Notes: generated by a model not told the origin, from the sequence alone. Positions 28,771 to 41,181 are shown, numbered from the stretch's first letter. The stretch is 42,426 bases of DNA from Phoronis australis (GCA_002633005.1 NMRA01000005.1:372686-415111), one strand, 5' to 3'. Program-made: numbers and translations.

Positions 28771-31700
28771 ATAAATGCTATTTTAAATGAACAAATCTGT
28801 AATTAGAATGCAAAAATGAAGGAGTCTTCCACACAGACAGATCTATGATAAATGTTTATTGGACGTGGCTTAGTTTGAAGCATTTACCAAATAACAAAAT
28901 GTTTCAATTACAACAATCAATCAATTTTCAGATCCATGATTCCAGCTCATTCTGTTATCAAATGTTACGTCAAAATCAACAATAAACGATTAATAAATCT
29001 GCTACTGCGCACCGATCAATCTGTTACTAAAAGTAAAGCACATACAATATGCATCAAGCAATGTGTATGAAGCAAAGGGTCAAAATAAGGAATAACGTCA
29101 AGTTTACGCAATATCTAACGCATAAAGAAAAAAACAAATCTTAATATTTCCCTAGACATGGGGATATATAAAATATCCATTTTTTGGTTTATACACAGGT
29201 GTACATTATTACTAAATAAATATAGATACCAGATACAATTCATACTACTCGCATACTGCTAATTTAAAAAGCCCCAATTCAAACTCTGAAATGTACTGGT
29301 ATAAGATAAAGACTATTCTATATATTAAGTAGTTAACGATACATTTCGCCCTTTTAACATATTTCGAGTTCTCAACCGAAGTGCTAAAAACAACAACTGA
29401 TCTGCGATGTATTAACGAGAAATGACCTTTATTCTGTCACATGACTCATTTGTGAACGTGCGCCATTATCAAATTTCAGCTGAGAGCTGTCCAACCCGCC
29501 CTAAATCAATTTTCTGACACGTTTTCTCACCTGTTTGGGGACAGAACACGAGTCATGTCAAGGTAAGAACAATTTTGAGACCTATTAATGCTTCCTTAAA
29601 TGTAAACAAAAGTTTATGTCCAAAACTGTCAGTTTTCGATTTAATTTTCAAATGCTTACTGTTTCCAAAAATGTTCAAAATTTCATCTCGTGTTTGTTGA
29701 TGACAGCCGCAGTACACTTGAATAAAGTAAAATTAGTCCTGTTCACTCTTGTTGAAAATTTTGATGAAATTTTACTGCTCTTACGTATTGCGATATAATT
29801 TAAAGAAACTACCATAATTAATATGTTTTTAGCCAGCTAAACAGGGCGGAATGCAGTTTTAAATGCTAACCTCTAGTGGTATGTCCAAGTACCTTAAATA
29901 GTTATTAATAAAACATAGCTGAGCAATACTGAATAATTTTATAACAGGGCTTAAATCCCTGAATTTAACTGACTTTCATTCAGTCCGACCTTCGTATACA
30001 TATTTTTCTAGTCAGCTATCCGGATGCCAACGCAGAGTTATAGGGGCAAACGTCCACAACAACTTACAAAAATATACTGACAGGTTTTTACTTATGCCTG
30101 TGATGGATGGTGAAATATGCATCAATCGTGTAGAGATACAATGAAAATTTACAATTATGTGAATTTCCTCACCAAGTGGGAAATGAAGGAGTCGGTACGC
30201 AGAACAAAGTGGGATGGCGGTGATAAAACTGGCACAGTTGCCAAGCATGGTTATCTTCACGAAGCCTTCATTCATGAGATAATAGGCTATCATTTACATG
30301 TGCTTGGCATCTGACTGGGACTACATTGTACTAAAATGAGATGGATAATCCATTTTGGATTTACTATCACCCATTTTTATTGGGTGATCTCTCCCAAAAG
30401 AACGTCGGTAAAGATAACATATCACGCTGATACACCACCAGGTAGCATAGTTGTATCATGTATATGATCGTCCGAGAGTATCGCATTTAATTTTCTCTAT
30501 AACCGTAGGAGGTTGTGTTGTAGTGTTATTTAAGGATCTGGCGGGAATTTTGAGAGCCATTTTATCACGGTGTGTTGAGATATTCTTGTCAATGAGTCAT
30601 ATTTCAGACCACAACTGATCACCGTTTTGTGTTAAAGGGTCGTAACAGCTTACTAAATGTGACGGTAAACTTTGTCACATGTCTGTCAAAAATCCTAGCA
30701 GTTTTCCTGGCTTGAATGCTAGCATCTGACAGATGAGCTCTTCACTGACTAAAGGGTGATGTTCATCAGCAGTTAGTTTGCTATTTCACCACCAGTTCAC
30801 TCATATCTCTGCTTTATAATGATTAATGTAACCATAAACAAGATCTCCATAACTTACTGAATTGAGTGGTCCAAACAAAGTACTTGCATAAACACCAAAA
30901 GTTTGGGGTCGCAAACCGCCAGCAGAACGCCAGAAAAAGTGACACTTGTAACTGTTTACATTTCTCGAATTTTTGCTACTACTCGATCAGCAAAAGTGCA
31001 AGCAAAAATGCTAGCGAATTAGCCGGACTAAAACTTAAAAACAAAATTTGTGCCAAATATGAGGAGAGTGAGATATCACTTGGAGATTCCACACATTGTA
31101 GAGTGTAATAAGGTCTCATTTCAAATTGAAAATTTAAACACCTCCCTGTCTGGGTCTATTTTGTTGGAAGAATCCAGAAAAGGATCCTTGGGGGTAAGAT
31201 CTTATTTTATTGTCACTGGATGAAAGTAACAATACCCGAGTACAGGACATATATTAACTTATTGAAGACACAAAACCTTTAAGTTATTGTTCTACTGATA
31301 ACATCAGTCTAGCTTTGATACAAGGTTTGTAACCTTCATCAACCATCAAAAGCTCAGAAGTCTGAAAACACGAGGGAGTGTGACTAATGCCTTGTGGATC
31401 GATTCCCCTAGGGAAAACAGTTCACCTCTACCACAGGAATCACTTTTGTAGAGTACAGTCGAACACGTTGTCTCTCAGGGGAGGTAAACAACAGGCGAAG
31501 GAGCAATGGAGTTTTAGATGAAATACTCCAAACGAGGTTTTAGCGTTCTTTAAATGTTAAAACATGAATTGTTGTAGTAATTAGTTCTAATACACATTTG
31601 ATCGAGTTCGTATTTGTATCAGTGATCAAACAATTCCACAAGCTGAGTTCCCTGTGCTGACCGTTAGGACGACATCACAGCGTTCTTACAAACATAATCA

Positions 31701-31967
31701 TCAGTTGGAAGTTGTCAATCCTGAAAAATGTGAGACACGTGATTACTTTATAAAAGAAGACGACTGATTGTATCAAGTTTGAATGCCGATTTTCATAATA
31801 AAAGTAAGTGGCCAAGCGAACATCCAAACATGAAAGAATGGTCATATATCAATCAATCAACGAATGTAAGAAAATTCAAAATGCATGGCTGATTAAAGTT
31901 TTGACTAGTCAGTAGTTGCAGACAATGAACCTGTGTTAAGACTGCCAGCTACTGATCCATGCATTCC

Positions 31968-31981
31968 CCACTAGGGGGCAG
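31968..31981 (+). promoter_or_regulatory. CTCF-like motif CCACTAGGGGGCAG
   Basis: Near-perfect match to the CTCF core consensus CCASYAGRKGGCRS. Confidence 0.55.
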
Positions 31982-32888
31982 TCAAAACATTGTGACGACA
32001 ATGCTTTACCTGTTTACTGAGCTCCAACTGCACTGAAATCCGATGGTTCATTGTGGAATGTTGTCATTCAAATCAGCCAATGAATCTAAATCTTTTGGTG
32101 TAGTCTAACACAATAAAATTCAATTGTTGTGTTTGAGTACAGAGAAGACACCGACTCTACCAGTAACATGCAGGGTGAACTGATGTTGGTCATTGAAAAG
32201 AAGAACTAGTCAATGAAAATGAATGGACGCAATAGTTGAAAGTGGATACTGTTTGACCGCCAGGCACTCATTTTGCAACAATTATGTAGACAAAGTGTAT
32301 TAAAATGTAATACAAAGAATTGTAATGAAGCAGATGGGGAATAACTAGGTTAGCACACCAGGTGGCAATAACAAGCACCAGGTGTCAGTAACGAATTTAA
32401 GAACTGAGTACTGAGAAGCCATTCCATGTTAGCACAAAAGCAGTTTGTAACAAGCCAACCAATATACAGCAGCAGCAAAACAAGATAAAACTAGAACAGG
32501 CAAGAGCACAACATTTATTCTAAATCATTAATGAACATAATAAGCTAATAAGAGTCTGGAAGTATAGATTATAACAAGCAGCAGAGAAGTTATTTATTTA
32601 TAATAATATAATGACATAATGTCAAAATCATTTCATTACATATTATGACAAACACATTGCATTTCTAGCACCATAGCTACACAATTCACCATGAAGATCA
32701 ATGGCACTGTTAGTGGTAACTGTTGTAAAATATTAGAAAATGGGAAAATTCATGATTTGTTAAGTGCAAAAATAAAACTCTTAACATGAAACATGATCAA
32801 AGTATACAGATTCGGTATTCAATTTTTGCAACTAGATATATTTATGACAGTAAATGATTACTGATTGTTCAACAAAAGGAACAGTTCA

Positions 32889-33651
32889 GGGCTGTTCCAG
32901 CAAAATCTGTATGGGAGGGGGGGAAGGCACTTTTATTTCGTATCCACCGCCCATATTTTTCATTTATTTCTCCAACCCATGACCCATAATTTTTTAATTA
33001 TTTTTAATAGGTTAAAATATAAAATCCAACACTTCCAAACAAATTGCCTCCAGGAGGACCTGTTGAGAACTTAAATGATTGACAAACAAGAACTAGTTGT
33101 CTTGTCCAATATTGTCAAAAACTAAAGTAGCCTGTGAGCAATACTTTTGGCAGCCACCAGGTGTCTCTGTTCACCATGTGTCTAAAATTTCAATGAACAT
33201 TTTTTTTCAATTATAAGGATCTATGAATCTCAAACTGTCTCCACGAACTCTTTTATACTTCTATGTCAAGTGAATATTGGAACTTGTTTAGCTTACTCCT
33301 CATACTTTTTATTTAAAAATCATCAATTTTCTTATATATTGTGTTAAAACCAGTTTAGTGTTGCATAACTTCAATTCAATAGGACTGCAGACAAACAGTT
33401 GACTCAAATCAAGTTGCCCATGACTTGTTTAAAGGCTTAGTGAACATATTGCACTCTGTTCACTGGCAATGTGGGCTCTTTTTTATTGGGATCAACATTA
33501 ACAGGTCAAAAATACCACCCATTTTTAATGCATCACTTCTTACAAGAACGACCACCCATAATTTGAATTTTTTTCTGAAGACCACCACCCATGAATTTTT
33601 ATTTCTGCTGCCGCCCCCCCCCCTCCCACACGGATTTTACTGGAACAGCCC
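32889..33651. mobile_element. 763-bp non-autonomous PIF/Harbinger-like element
   Basis: TIR gggctgttccagcaaaatctgtatgggaggggggg versus ccccccctcccacacggattttactggaacagccc; 3-bp TSD TCA on both sides. Confidence 0.85.
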
Positions 33652-34192
33652 TCAGAAGACTAGATGCTAAGCCCAAAGTTATGGTTGAACATTGCGGAGG
33701 TAATCCGAAAGAAATTTGTAGAAAATTGTCTGAAAATTATCAGCAAATGACAATAGTAGAAGACAGAATTCCTGTGTGCACATGTCCAATCTTGCGTGCC
33801 TATGGGTGCTTTTGGGCACATGTCGGCTTGTGGGCGTAGGCGTGCTTGTATGCGTGCGCATGTATTGTGATCCCATTCCACACCTAGTTTTACTGCAGTA
33901 GTGACACATTACACTTCACTTATCTCAAAGATGATTGCGTGCAAATGCCACTTTAACAACACAAAGTGGCACACAAACAGCTGGCTAGAAAATAGATTTA
34001 TACAAAAGGAAAGCTTTCGCCTAGCTCCCTCTACTGTGGAATGGTGATTGAAGGAGTCTAGTGAATATTGCGTTGCCCTTTCTCGATGTTTTGTTCAGAA
34101 AGCTTGTCACAGTACCACAATACTTCAACATTTTGGTGACAGGTACAGCCACTAGGGACAGCGTAGATGACAGTGCTAGACAAAGTTCATGG

Positions 34193-34306
34193 CTTGATAG
34201 GGGTGTCACAGAGACTTGATAGGGGTGTCACAGAGACTTGATTGGGGTGTCACAGAGACTTGATAGGGGTGTCACAACAGAGACTTGATAGGGATGTCAC
34301 AGAGAC
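34193..34306. repeat. 22-bp tandem repeat (CTTGATAGGGGTGTCACAGAGA), about 5 copies
   Basis: Direct inspection. Confidence 0.92.
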
Positions 34307-34864
34307 TGTCAGTGAAAGCCAACAATCCCGCCAAGAATAGAGACAATATGTCAAAAGTGTCAGTTTTAAGGTGCCTGACCCCACAATTCAGGGACCTGCA
34401 CATGTTGTCCCAGAACACCGGCAGAGGGCGACGCAATTTTGATGGGAATCAGCCAGTCACCATTTCCCAAGGAAAGGAGCCAGGCTGTTTCGCAAGGTTG
34501 CTAGGAAAATTAAAATTATTTTTTCCAAAAGTTTTTGAATATTTTCCACATCAAGTACTCCATCTGGATGAATTAGCATACCTCCTCTACAGAATAACAA
34601 CGACATAAAATCTCCTGTTATTAATAACCAAGCAGTACTTGATAAATGTTTTGAAAGACCTAGTTGTGTAAAGTAATTTATTTGCTACGTTTAATTCAAA
34701 ATGATCAACAGTTTTGTTGCAGTGAGAAATAAAAAGAAACCTCATAGCACCCAATAAGTCTCACTAGGCCTCAGTGGCAATGTGAAGGCAAGACTGCTCA
34801 ATACTGCGCCCCAGGGACCACACAGTCATGTCTTGAACAGTAAAGTGTTAGTGTGTTAGTGCGA

Positions 34865-35047
34865 CTAAGCCTCCGACTCAGACTCACATTCCACCACCTC
34901 ATTCTGAATTTGTTCCACGTCGCGAGATAAATCTCCCTCTGATTCTGTTTTCAGTATCATAAACCGGCCGTCAGAGCTGATCTTGGGTATGTCATCTTGA
35001 TCATCGTCGATGTCTTTCATGGCGTGAATGTTTGCAAGAAGAACGTC
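34865..35047 (-). CDS. APPL1: APPL terminal exon (DVLLANI...SSDGRFMIL...ESESEA*)
   Basis: tttcag acceptor; TAG at 34867-34865; SEA PDZ-binding end. Confidence 0.92.
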   Translation of the reverse strand, partial: DVLLANIHAMKDIDDDQDDIPKISSDGRFMILKTESEGDLSRDVEQIQNEVVECESESEA

Positions 35048-38000
35048 CTGAAAGAGGAAACATTGTCACGTGAACCACCAGGTGCCGCCACTAGGCCCTT
35101 CTCAGACAATCACTTATGGAACTGTAGTAACATTATAATATTTTCTATCATTTCGTCTTTATTATGAGATCCTCATGACTCCTTTTGTGATAACATATTA
35201 ACTAAAATCCGAGCGTTGAGTTCTATGAATTAAATGCTAGGGAAGTAGTCCTTAAATTAGGGGTCGTGGTGCATGGCAAGATCCCTATTCATTTTTGATA
35301 ATACTGAGAATTCAACAGTCATAGAGTTCACTCTCGATTTGTATTGAAAGCAAACATTAACTTTTCTTAGTGAAGAAACTAAAACACCATCATGACGGAC
35401 AATCGGTGTTTTCACAAGTCCACAAATACACAGTAAATTTTAGCTGAGATTTTAGAGAACTTAGTTGAGTCCCTATAGTTTGGGACTGTTTTATGCAACC
35501 GGGCACTGAGCCCTTAAATATAAGTTAGCTTCTATTAACTAAATAGAAACTTGTGAAGAGATAAAGCCAGGGTTTCTGGGGAGCACACTGTCTATTCAAG
35601 GATTCAGCTCAGAGTGATCATTCAAAGAGGGAACATAATATATGTTACAGAAGGAGGAACTAACTGGGTGCAACAGAACAAACCCTCAAACGAACCTTCT
35701 CACTTTGAGCAGTAACAAGTTGAGATGACACTTGACTGCCATCTTTAGGGGACACTTCACCGCCATCTTTAGGGGACACTTGGCTGCCATTTTTAGGTAG
35801 ACCACCTTTCATATTTCTTTTTTTCTGGCGGCAAATAAAAAACGCATTTACACAACATACAAATGAAAACAATCTAATAGGATTTCTTCAACAATCTCTT
35901 CAATTCAATAAAATCATGCTCAAAAGCATAATCCAGCACTTCAAACAAAAAACAATCAACGGGCAATTCAAAGTTTCTTGAAGCATCAGACTCTAGCGTT
36001 TCCAAGAGTCAATGGGTAAATAAAACAACAAGAATGGATCAACTGAAATTTTCGGATATAATAACGTCTGTTTCTGTTGACAAAGGACGTTATTATATTC
36101 GAAAATTTCAGTTGATCCATTCTTGTTGTTTTATTTACTATTTATATTCTATATTTCGTGAAACAATAGTATCCTTGGGAGGATCTGGATCGCCTTATTT
36201 AGTTTCAGATTTATTTTCTACGTTATTCAAGAGTCAATGGTAATCTTCAAGTGCCAATAACAAACAGTATTACAAATGACACAACCATAGGTAAACATGT
36301 TGGCACTGGAAACAATAGGTGAGAAGGGAGACGAAGGCACCATAAATGACTGTTTAACAACGAATGGAGTTTTATGGCAAACTAAAGAATTAGCTTCTGA
36401 AAAAGGTGCCTCTCATCTAGTTGCTATCATGGCAAGGACAATGTTGAGAACTGTTTGTTAAATGTAAGTTGGATGTTGTCCTAACCAGTTAATGGTAAAC
36501 TAACTCTCCCTCCCTCCCTCCCTACTCCTCCCTCCCTACTCCTCCCTCCCTCCCTCCCTCCCTACTCCTCCCTCCCTCCCTCTTTCCCTCCCTACTCCTC
36601 TCTCCTCCTCCTCTCCCCATCTCCCTCTCTCTCCCCATCTCTCTTTGCTGCATGATTGGTAAGTTTATGCTATTACCAGTGGCCTAATGAGGAATTATGG
36701 GAAACGTACCATTATTGCTTCAAAAGCAATCTTTGTGGCATTACCAATGGCCTGGCAGATCTCATCTGCAGACGTATTGCACTCAAATACATGACAAGCA
36801 AAAGTTGGTGTAGAGGAGCCCGACGTGCGATTACGGGTGATGAAAGCAAACAGCCTGCAAAGAGAGTACATTACTTAACAATAGAGGTCACTATTAGTTA
36901 CATGGAAATGTCAAGTGTTCAAATCTTGTCAGACAGTAAATTCACGTACTAATCTTGAATAAACTACTAAATAAAGTGTGTTTGTAGCCTGACTATATTC
37001 GCCATCTGTTGGTGGTTTATGTGTTTGCTCTCCAGCTTTTACCGCGTATATTTTCCACATAACTAATTCTTCAATAGAATTTTGCATATGTAAAACTGCT
37101 GGCACACCATAGTTTATAGCTGTAACGCGTGCCAGCTTAGCTCATTCGTGCTTCAACGTCCTTACATGTATCTTGAGTTTTGAGTTTAGTCGTGATCTAT
37201 GCCGCAAATTGGTGTAAGTATTTTGTACTTAGTTTTGTTACAGTATATAGTCAGTACTTCAACGTAATTGTAACGCGTACTCTGTAACTTTAATTAGCGT
37301 TGCCTCAAGTAGTTTGACGTTGTCCGAATAAGAATATATGCAATGTTTAATATTAGTATTGTAACTTTGTAAACGACCAACGTATTGTTCAATTGTCTCA
37401 TAGAACGTTTTTTTGTATGTTACAGTTGAACCGAGTAACTATAAGAAAGAAACAAATAAAGTTTGTCAACGCAAATTATGCTCGAGTTCTCCATGTGGCT
37501 CTAACGATTTTCGCGACCACATAAAGGTTTCCGAATTTAGCCAAAAACTGACACAAAATCCCCATCATGTTTCATAACCACACATAAGGTTTAAAGCTAT
37601 ACTTGAACAAAACCAGCATGATGTCTGTCAAAATGGCTCAGACCTATTCCCAAAGTGATGTACAGGAGTGGTATCATGATACTGTTGGAACTGGAACAAA
37701 AATGCTTCATATCTCCCAAGTAGTCTATTGGAAAATCTTCTGTAGCAAAACTGAATGGTGTCATCCCTGATGGGTAATAAATTAAATGAAGTTGTTTGAA
37801 TGAGAATTTGACTAAGCATCAACTGGTATCTCCATCTACTGGATGAAAGTTTAACTAGTAAGCAACTGTACCAGATGAAAGGTTAATTAAGCATAAACTA
37901 GTATCTCCATCTAGAGGTCAGTAATGGAACCACCCCAATTCTTTTGACTGACAGCAACATTGTTTTGACACACAAAATGTCCAGCTCATCAATTCAACTT

Positions 38001-39682
38001 AATAATGGCTCTACAAAGAATGATTGGCCAGTTCTTTTCAAGGTCAAACAGGTCACAAGTATATAAATATCAAAACTCCAAAAGTGAGTACATTACAGAA
38101 TTGTAAATTTATAATAAACAGTATTTATTACGAGCACTGAACACCATTCATAATGAACACTATTCATAATGAACACTATTCATAACGAACACTATTCATT
38201 CCAAAACTAATCATAAAGAACACTATTCATATGACTCCACAAATAACCGAATATAATTATTTTTAACAAATTTTAGGACTTACAAATCAGTGCATTGAAA
38301 TAACTTAATAAATATGACAGATTTCCAGAGTCAAACCACCAACGACATTAAATTTTACCTTTTATTTTCCTGGTGAGCCATCCAATAGGAGACATCTGGC
38401 AGTGAAAACTCTGTACGGACGGTCTGGTTAGACGGGTCAATCAATCTACAACACACGACACATACTGACATAGCATAAAAGTGACACAATACAATGTCAT
38501 GCAATACACACTGGCACAACGAATTGATGCTCATGGTGAACAAATAATGCGCACACATATAAATATAAGAACGCATAAAATGTAACCAGTGGTTGTCAAG
38601 ACACTGGACCCATTTTATCAAAGGTTGCAAGTCAGGCCTTAGCTGAGAAAATCGTAACTTGGATTTCGATTAAACGCAGTTCATTAACAACGTACCCTAC
38701 AACATGGTCACTCACAGATGAAGATAGTTTCACACTCATGAAGACAGATCACCGACCTGTAAACTTAGTTCACTGAGAGAAGAACACGGTAGCACACTCA
38801 CAAAACACAACTTATAAGCACTTAGAACATGGCTCATGGAACGGAAACAAGGTTCCTAGACAGAATGTACACTATTCGGTTTGTGCAATGCCAACAAGAG
38901 ACACAATGATGAATCAAAATGCTTACAAATTGAGACACTGTAGCTGTGATATCACATGACTACCAGCAGCTTTGAGGACAATTGTCAGAATCTAGGTCAT
39001 ATCACTGCTGATTCATCATCACTGACCCTTTCCCAACAACAATTACCTTTTAATCATTATTTTAATTTTATACTTACTGCATGTTTTCACTGCTCACCAC
39101 CAGGTGTGACTCCGTCATCTTAAACACGTTGTGTATCGCGCGGGCGGCCATTATTTGACGGATAGTTTCATGTACCATCTCAGCACCTACCGAACCAAAC
39201 AGAGCATACAGCATAGTGTTATTCATGACTCAGTTGTACGCAGTACTCAGTAAACAATGACAAAAACTATGCATCTGGAATGCCTACGTCTGACTGCGCA
39301 CTTCATATTAATTATCTCTATTGCATTATAATATATGTACTTGGTCCGAACAATTCCTCATGGGCAAACTTAATTTGTAAAACAAATGATATTAAATAAT
39401 GCCTCCTATTAGAACAAATTTGGTTAACTCTCTCTTGATTTACTGCAGCTATTTTCCATGACTTAGTTTTACTGCAACGACTGGAGATCATTTTATTACA
39501 CTTGCCCTTGAAAAGAATCAATTTGATCTACTTTGTAAAGTCACTCTACCTCGGTCGCCTTTGACCTCCATATTGCCGAGGAAACGGACGACAAACACTT
39601 GGGAAAACGCTGCATTGGTTGGAGTAGTGGTACCTGTGGACAACTGCTCTGATGACTGGTCAAATGGATTGATCCGACTAGA

Positions 39683-39720
<38 letters not shown>

Positions 39721-41181
39721 AGTGATTTGAGTACTCTGACCATAACACAGCATTACGCAAGGCTAGTGGTACACAACTTGCAGTGACATCCAGAAAAATA
39801 CTTTCAGAAACACTGAGGTATCCTTTGTTGGTAGACACTTTCGTGAACCAAATGAGCTGTCTTTTATTGCTCATAAATTTTTTACTTTAGACACGTTTTT
39901 TCTTAGGTGGCACCATTCGAAAGTCCATGAAAATAACTGTTATACTACATCCTGTAAGCATTGGCTGCAATTCTACGTAATTTATATGGGAGTATAAAAA
40001 ATGTCAAAGTTATCACAAATGGATTCACCAATAGTTACATGCTCTGTTTAAATAAGACAAAAAATAAATTAGTTAACTTCATGTGAAGGACGAGCTCACT
40101 ACCAACGAATTTAAGGATACAAAAAGAAATCCGCCACACACATCTAGTGCATACTGCTATGTAGTGCTGGGGTGCATACTACTAAGTAGTGCTAGGGTGC
40201 ATACTGCTAAGTAGTGCTAGGGTGCATAGTGCTATTTAGTGCTAGGGTACTCAATGCATCATGTGGGTTAAATGTTCGCCACAGTTGAAAAACAATGAAA
40301 AGAAATGTCTGTCTGGCGACTTTTCCTTAATTTTCACTTTAGATTTTACTATGACAGCTTATTAATACTTAACCAACATCTTGTATTAAAATGAGACCTC
40401 AATATTAATACTTAACTAACATCTTGTATTAAAATGAGACCTCAATATTAATACTTAACCAACATCTTGTATTAAAATGAGACCTCAATATTAATACTTA
40501 ACCAACATCTTGTATTAAAATGAGACCTCAATATTAATACTTAACCAACATCTTGTATTAAAATGAGACCTCAATACTAATACTTAACCAACATCTTGTA
40601 TTAAAATGAGACCTCAATATTAATACTTAAACAACATCTTTGTATTAAAATGAGACCTCAATATTAATATACTACAGGTCTGCCAGAAGACCACAAAGAA
40701 CAGGACACTCTATATTAACAGTGGAAGCCACTTGTGAAATTAGAAAATGGATTTATTGCCCATATCACTTTACTAAGAATACAAATTCATTTTAATTAAA
40801 TGTATTAGTAAGCTGCTCTAAGTATCCGTGGTTACAAAATTGCAGACTGAATAGACTAGTTTCTACTAATAATTAAGCACAGTAGGGACATTCAAATTCC
40901 ACTTCAAGGCTCGTGTCAAGAGTGATTTCAGTCATTGCACTCTGAAAAAACATATCTTTTCAGAAAAAGTCCTATAATTACCTAAAAACTACCAAGAATG
41001 AAGTAGTTCTCTCTACTAGAGACTTTGTTAGCATACTCACTTGGGTGGGCCATCTTTCTGACCAACAGCCTGCCTTTGTTCTTCACCAGGTGATATGAGG
41101 TCAAATACAATGGGCGTGTCACCAACCTGGAACCCTGGCTTACTGTTGACTTTGTCACCAGGCGGAGCCTTGCTGCCAGGA
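34865..41181 (-). CDS. APPL1: APPL1/2-family adaptor (BAR-PH-PTB, DIP13), 3' portion only; the 5' exons lie beyond the window
   Basis: Exons 41041-41181, 39550-39677, 39078-39186, 38359-38445, 36710-36854, 35696-35824 and 34865-35047 join in phase. Motifs TPIVFDLISP, RINPF, FVVRFLGNMEVK, ETIRQIMAARAIHNVFKMTESHL, HQENKRLFAF, SSDGRF and C-terminal ESEA* match vertebrate APPL1/2. An invertebrate gene would be co-orthologous to both. Confidence 0.93.
35696..35824 (-). CDS. APPL1: APPL exon with internal 24-nt repeats (KKRNMK...VSPKDG...QSEK)
   Basis: gccag / GTTCGT, 129 nt, phase 0/0, no stops; weak similarity to known APPL. Confidence 0.65.
36016..36138. repeat. Near-perfect palindrome (53-bp arms, 17-nt spacer), part of a ~210-bp insertion
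   Basis: Arms 36016-36068 and 36086-36138 with one mismatch; direct repeat caagagtcaatgg at 36003-36015 and 36228-36240. Confidence 0.88.
36504..36645. repeat. CT-rich low-complexity (CCCT/CCTACT)n tract
   Basis: Direct inspection. Confidence 0.9.
36710..36854 (-). CDS. APPL1: APPL PTB exon (LFAFITR...CHVFEC...KIAFEAIM)
   Basis: tttgcag / GTACGT, phase 2/0. Confidence 0.92.
36977..37521 (+). mobile_element. Solo LTR of an LTR retrotransposon (545 bp)
   Basis: TGTG...CACA termini; 5-bp TSD TAAAG (36972-36976 and 37522-37526); AATAAA at 37455-37460; composition differs from the host intron. Confidence 0.75.
38139..38232. repeat. 16-bp tandem repeat (GAACACTATTCATAAT)
   Basis: About 4 good copies plus degenerate ones. 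Confidence 0.8.
38359..38445 (-). CDS. APPL1: APPL PTB exon (LIDPSNQ...HQENKR)
   Basis: tgtag / GTAAAA, phase 2/2. Confidence 0.92.
39078..39186 (-). CDS. APPL1: APPL PTB exon (AEMVHETIRQIMAARAIHNVF...ENM)
   Basis: ggtag / GTAAGT, phase 1/2. Confidence 0.92.
39550..39677 (-). CDS. APPL1: APPL exon (RINPFDQ...FLGNMEVKGDR)
   Basis: (ct)n-tag / GTAGAG, phase 2/1. Confidence 0.9.
39681..39718. repeat. (GA)n microsatellite adjoining an APPL acceptor site
   Basis: Direct inspection. Confidence 0.95.
40145..40249. repeat. 25-bp tandem repeat (GTGCATACTGCTAAGTAGTGCTAGG), about 4 copies
   Basis: Direct inspection. Confidence 0.88.
40360..40668. repeat. 43-bp tandem repeat, about 7 copies
   Basis: atattaatacttaaccaacatcttgtattaaaatgagacctca head-to-tail. 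Confidence 0.96.
41041..41181 (-). CDS. APPL1: APPL exon (PGSKAPP...TPIVFDLISPGEE...GPP)
   Basis: ttacag / GTGAGT, phase 2/2. Confidence 0.87.

Noticed and set aside
30012-30314. Short ORFs between the ANK and APPL genes as transposase remnants
   Set aside because: No recognisable RT, integrase or transposase motifs in the translations examined.
34582-34586. 5-nt micro-exon (AGGAG) on the minus strand between tctgtag and GTATGC
   Set aside because: Not a multiple of three, creates an immediate stop if joined to the 34888 donor, and cannot be told from chance without reads.
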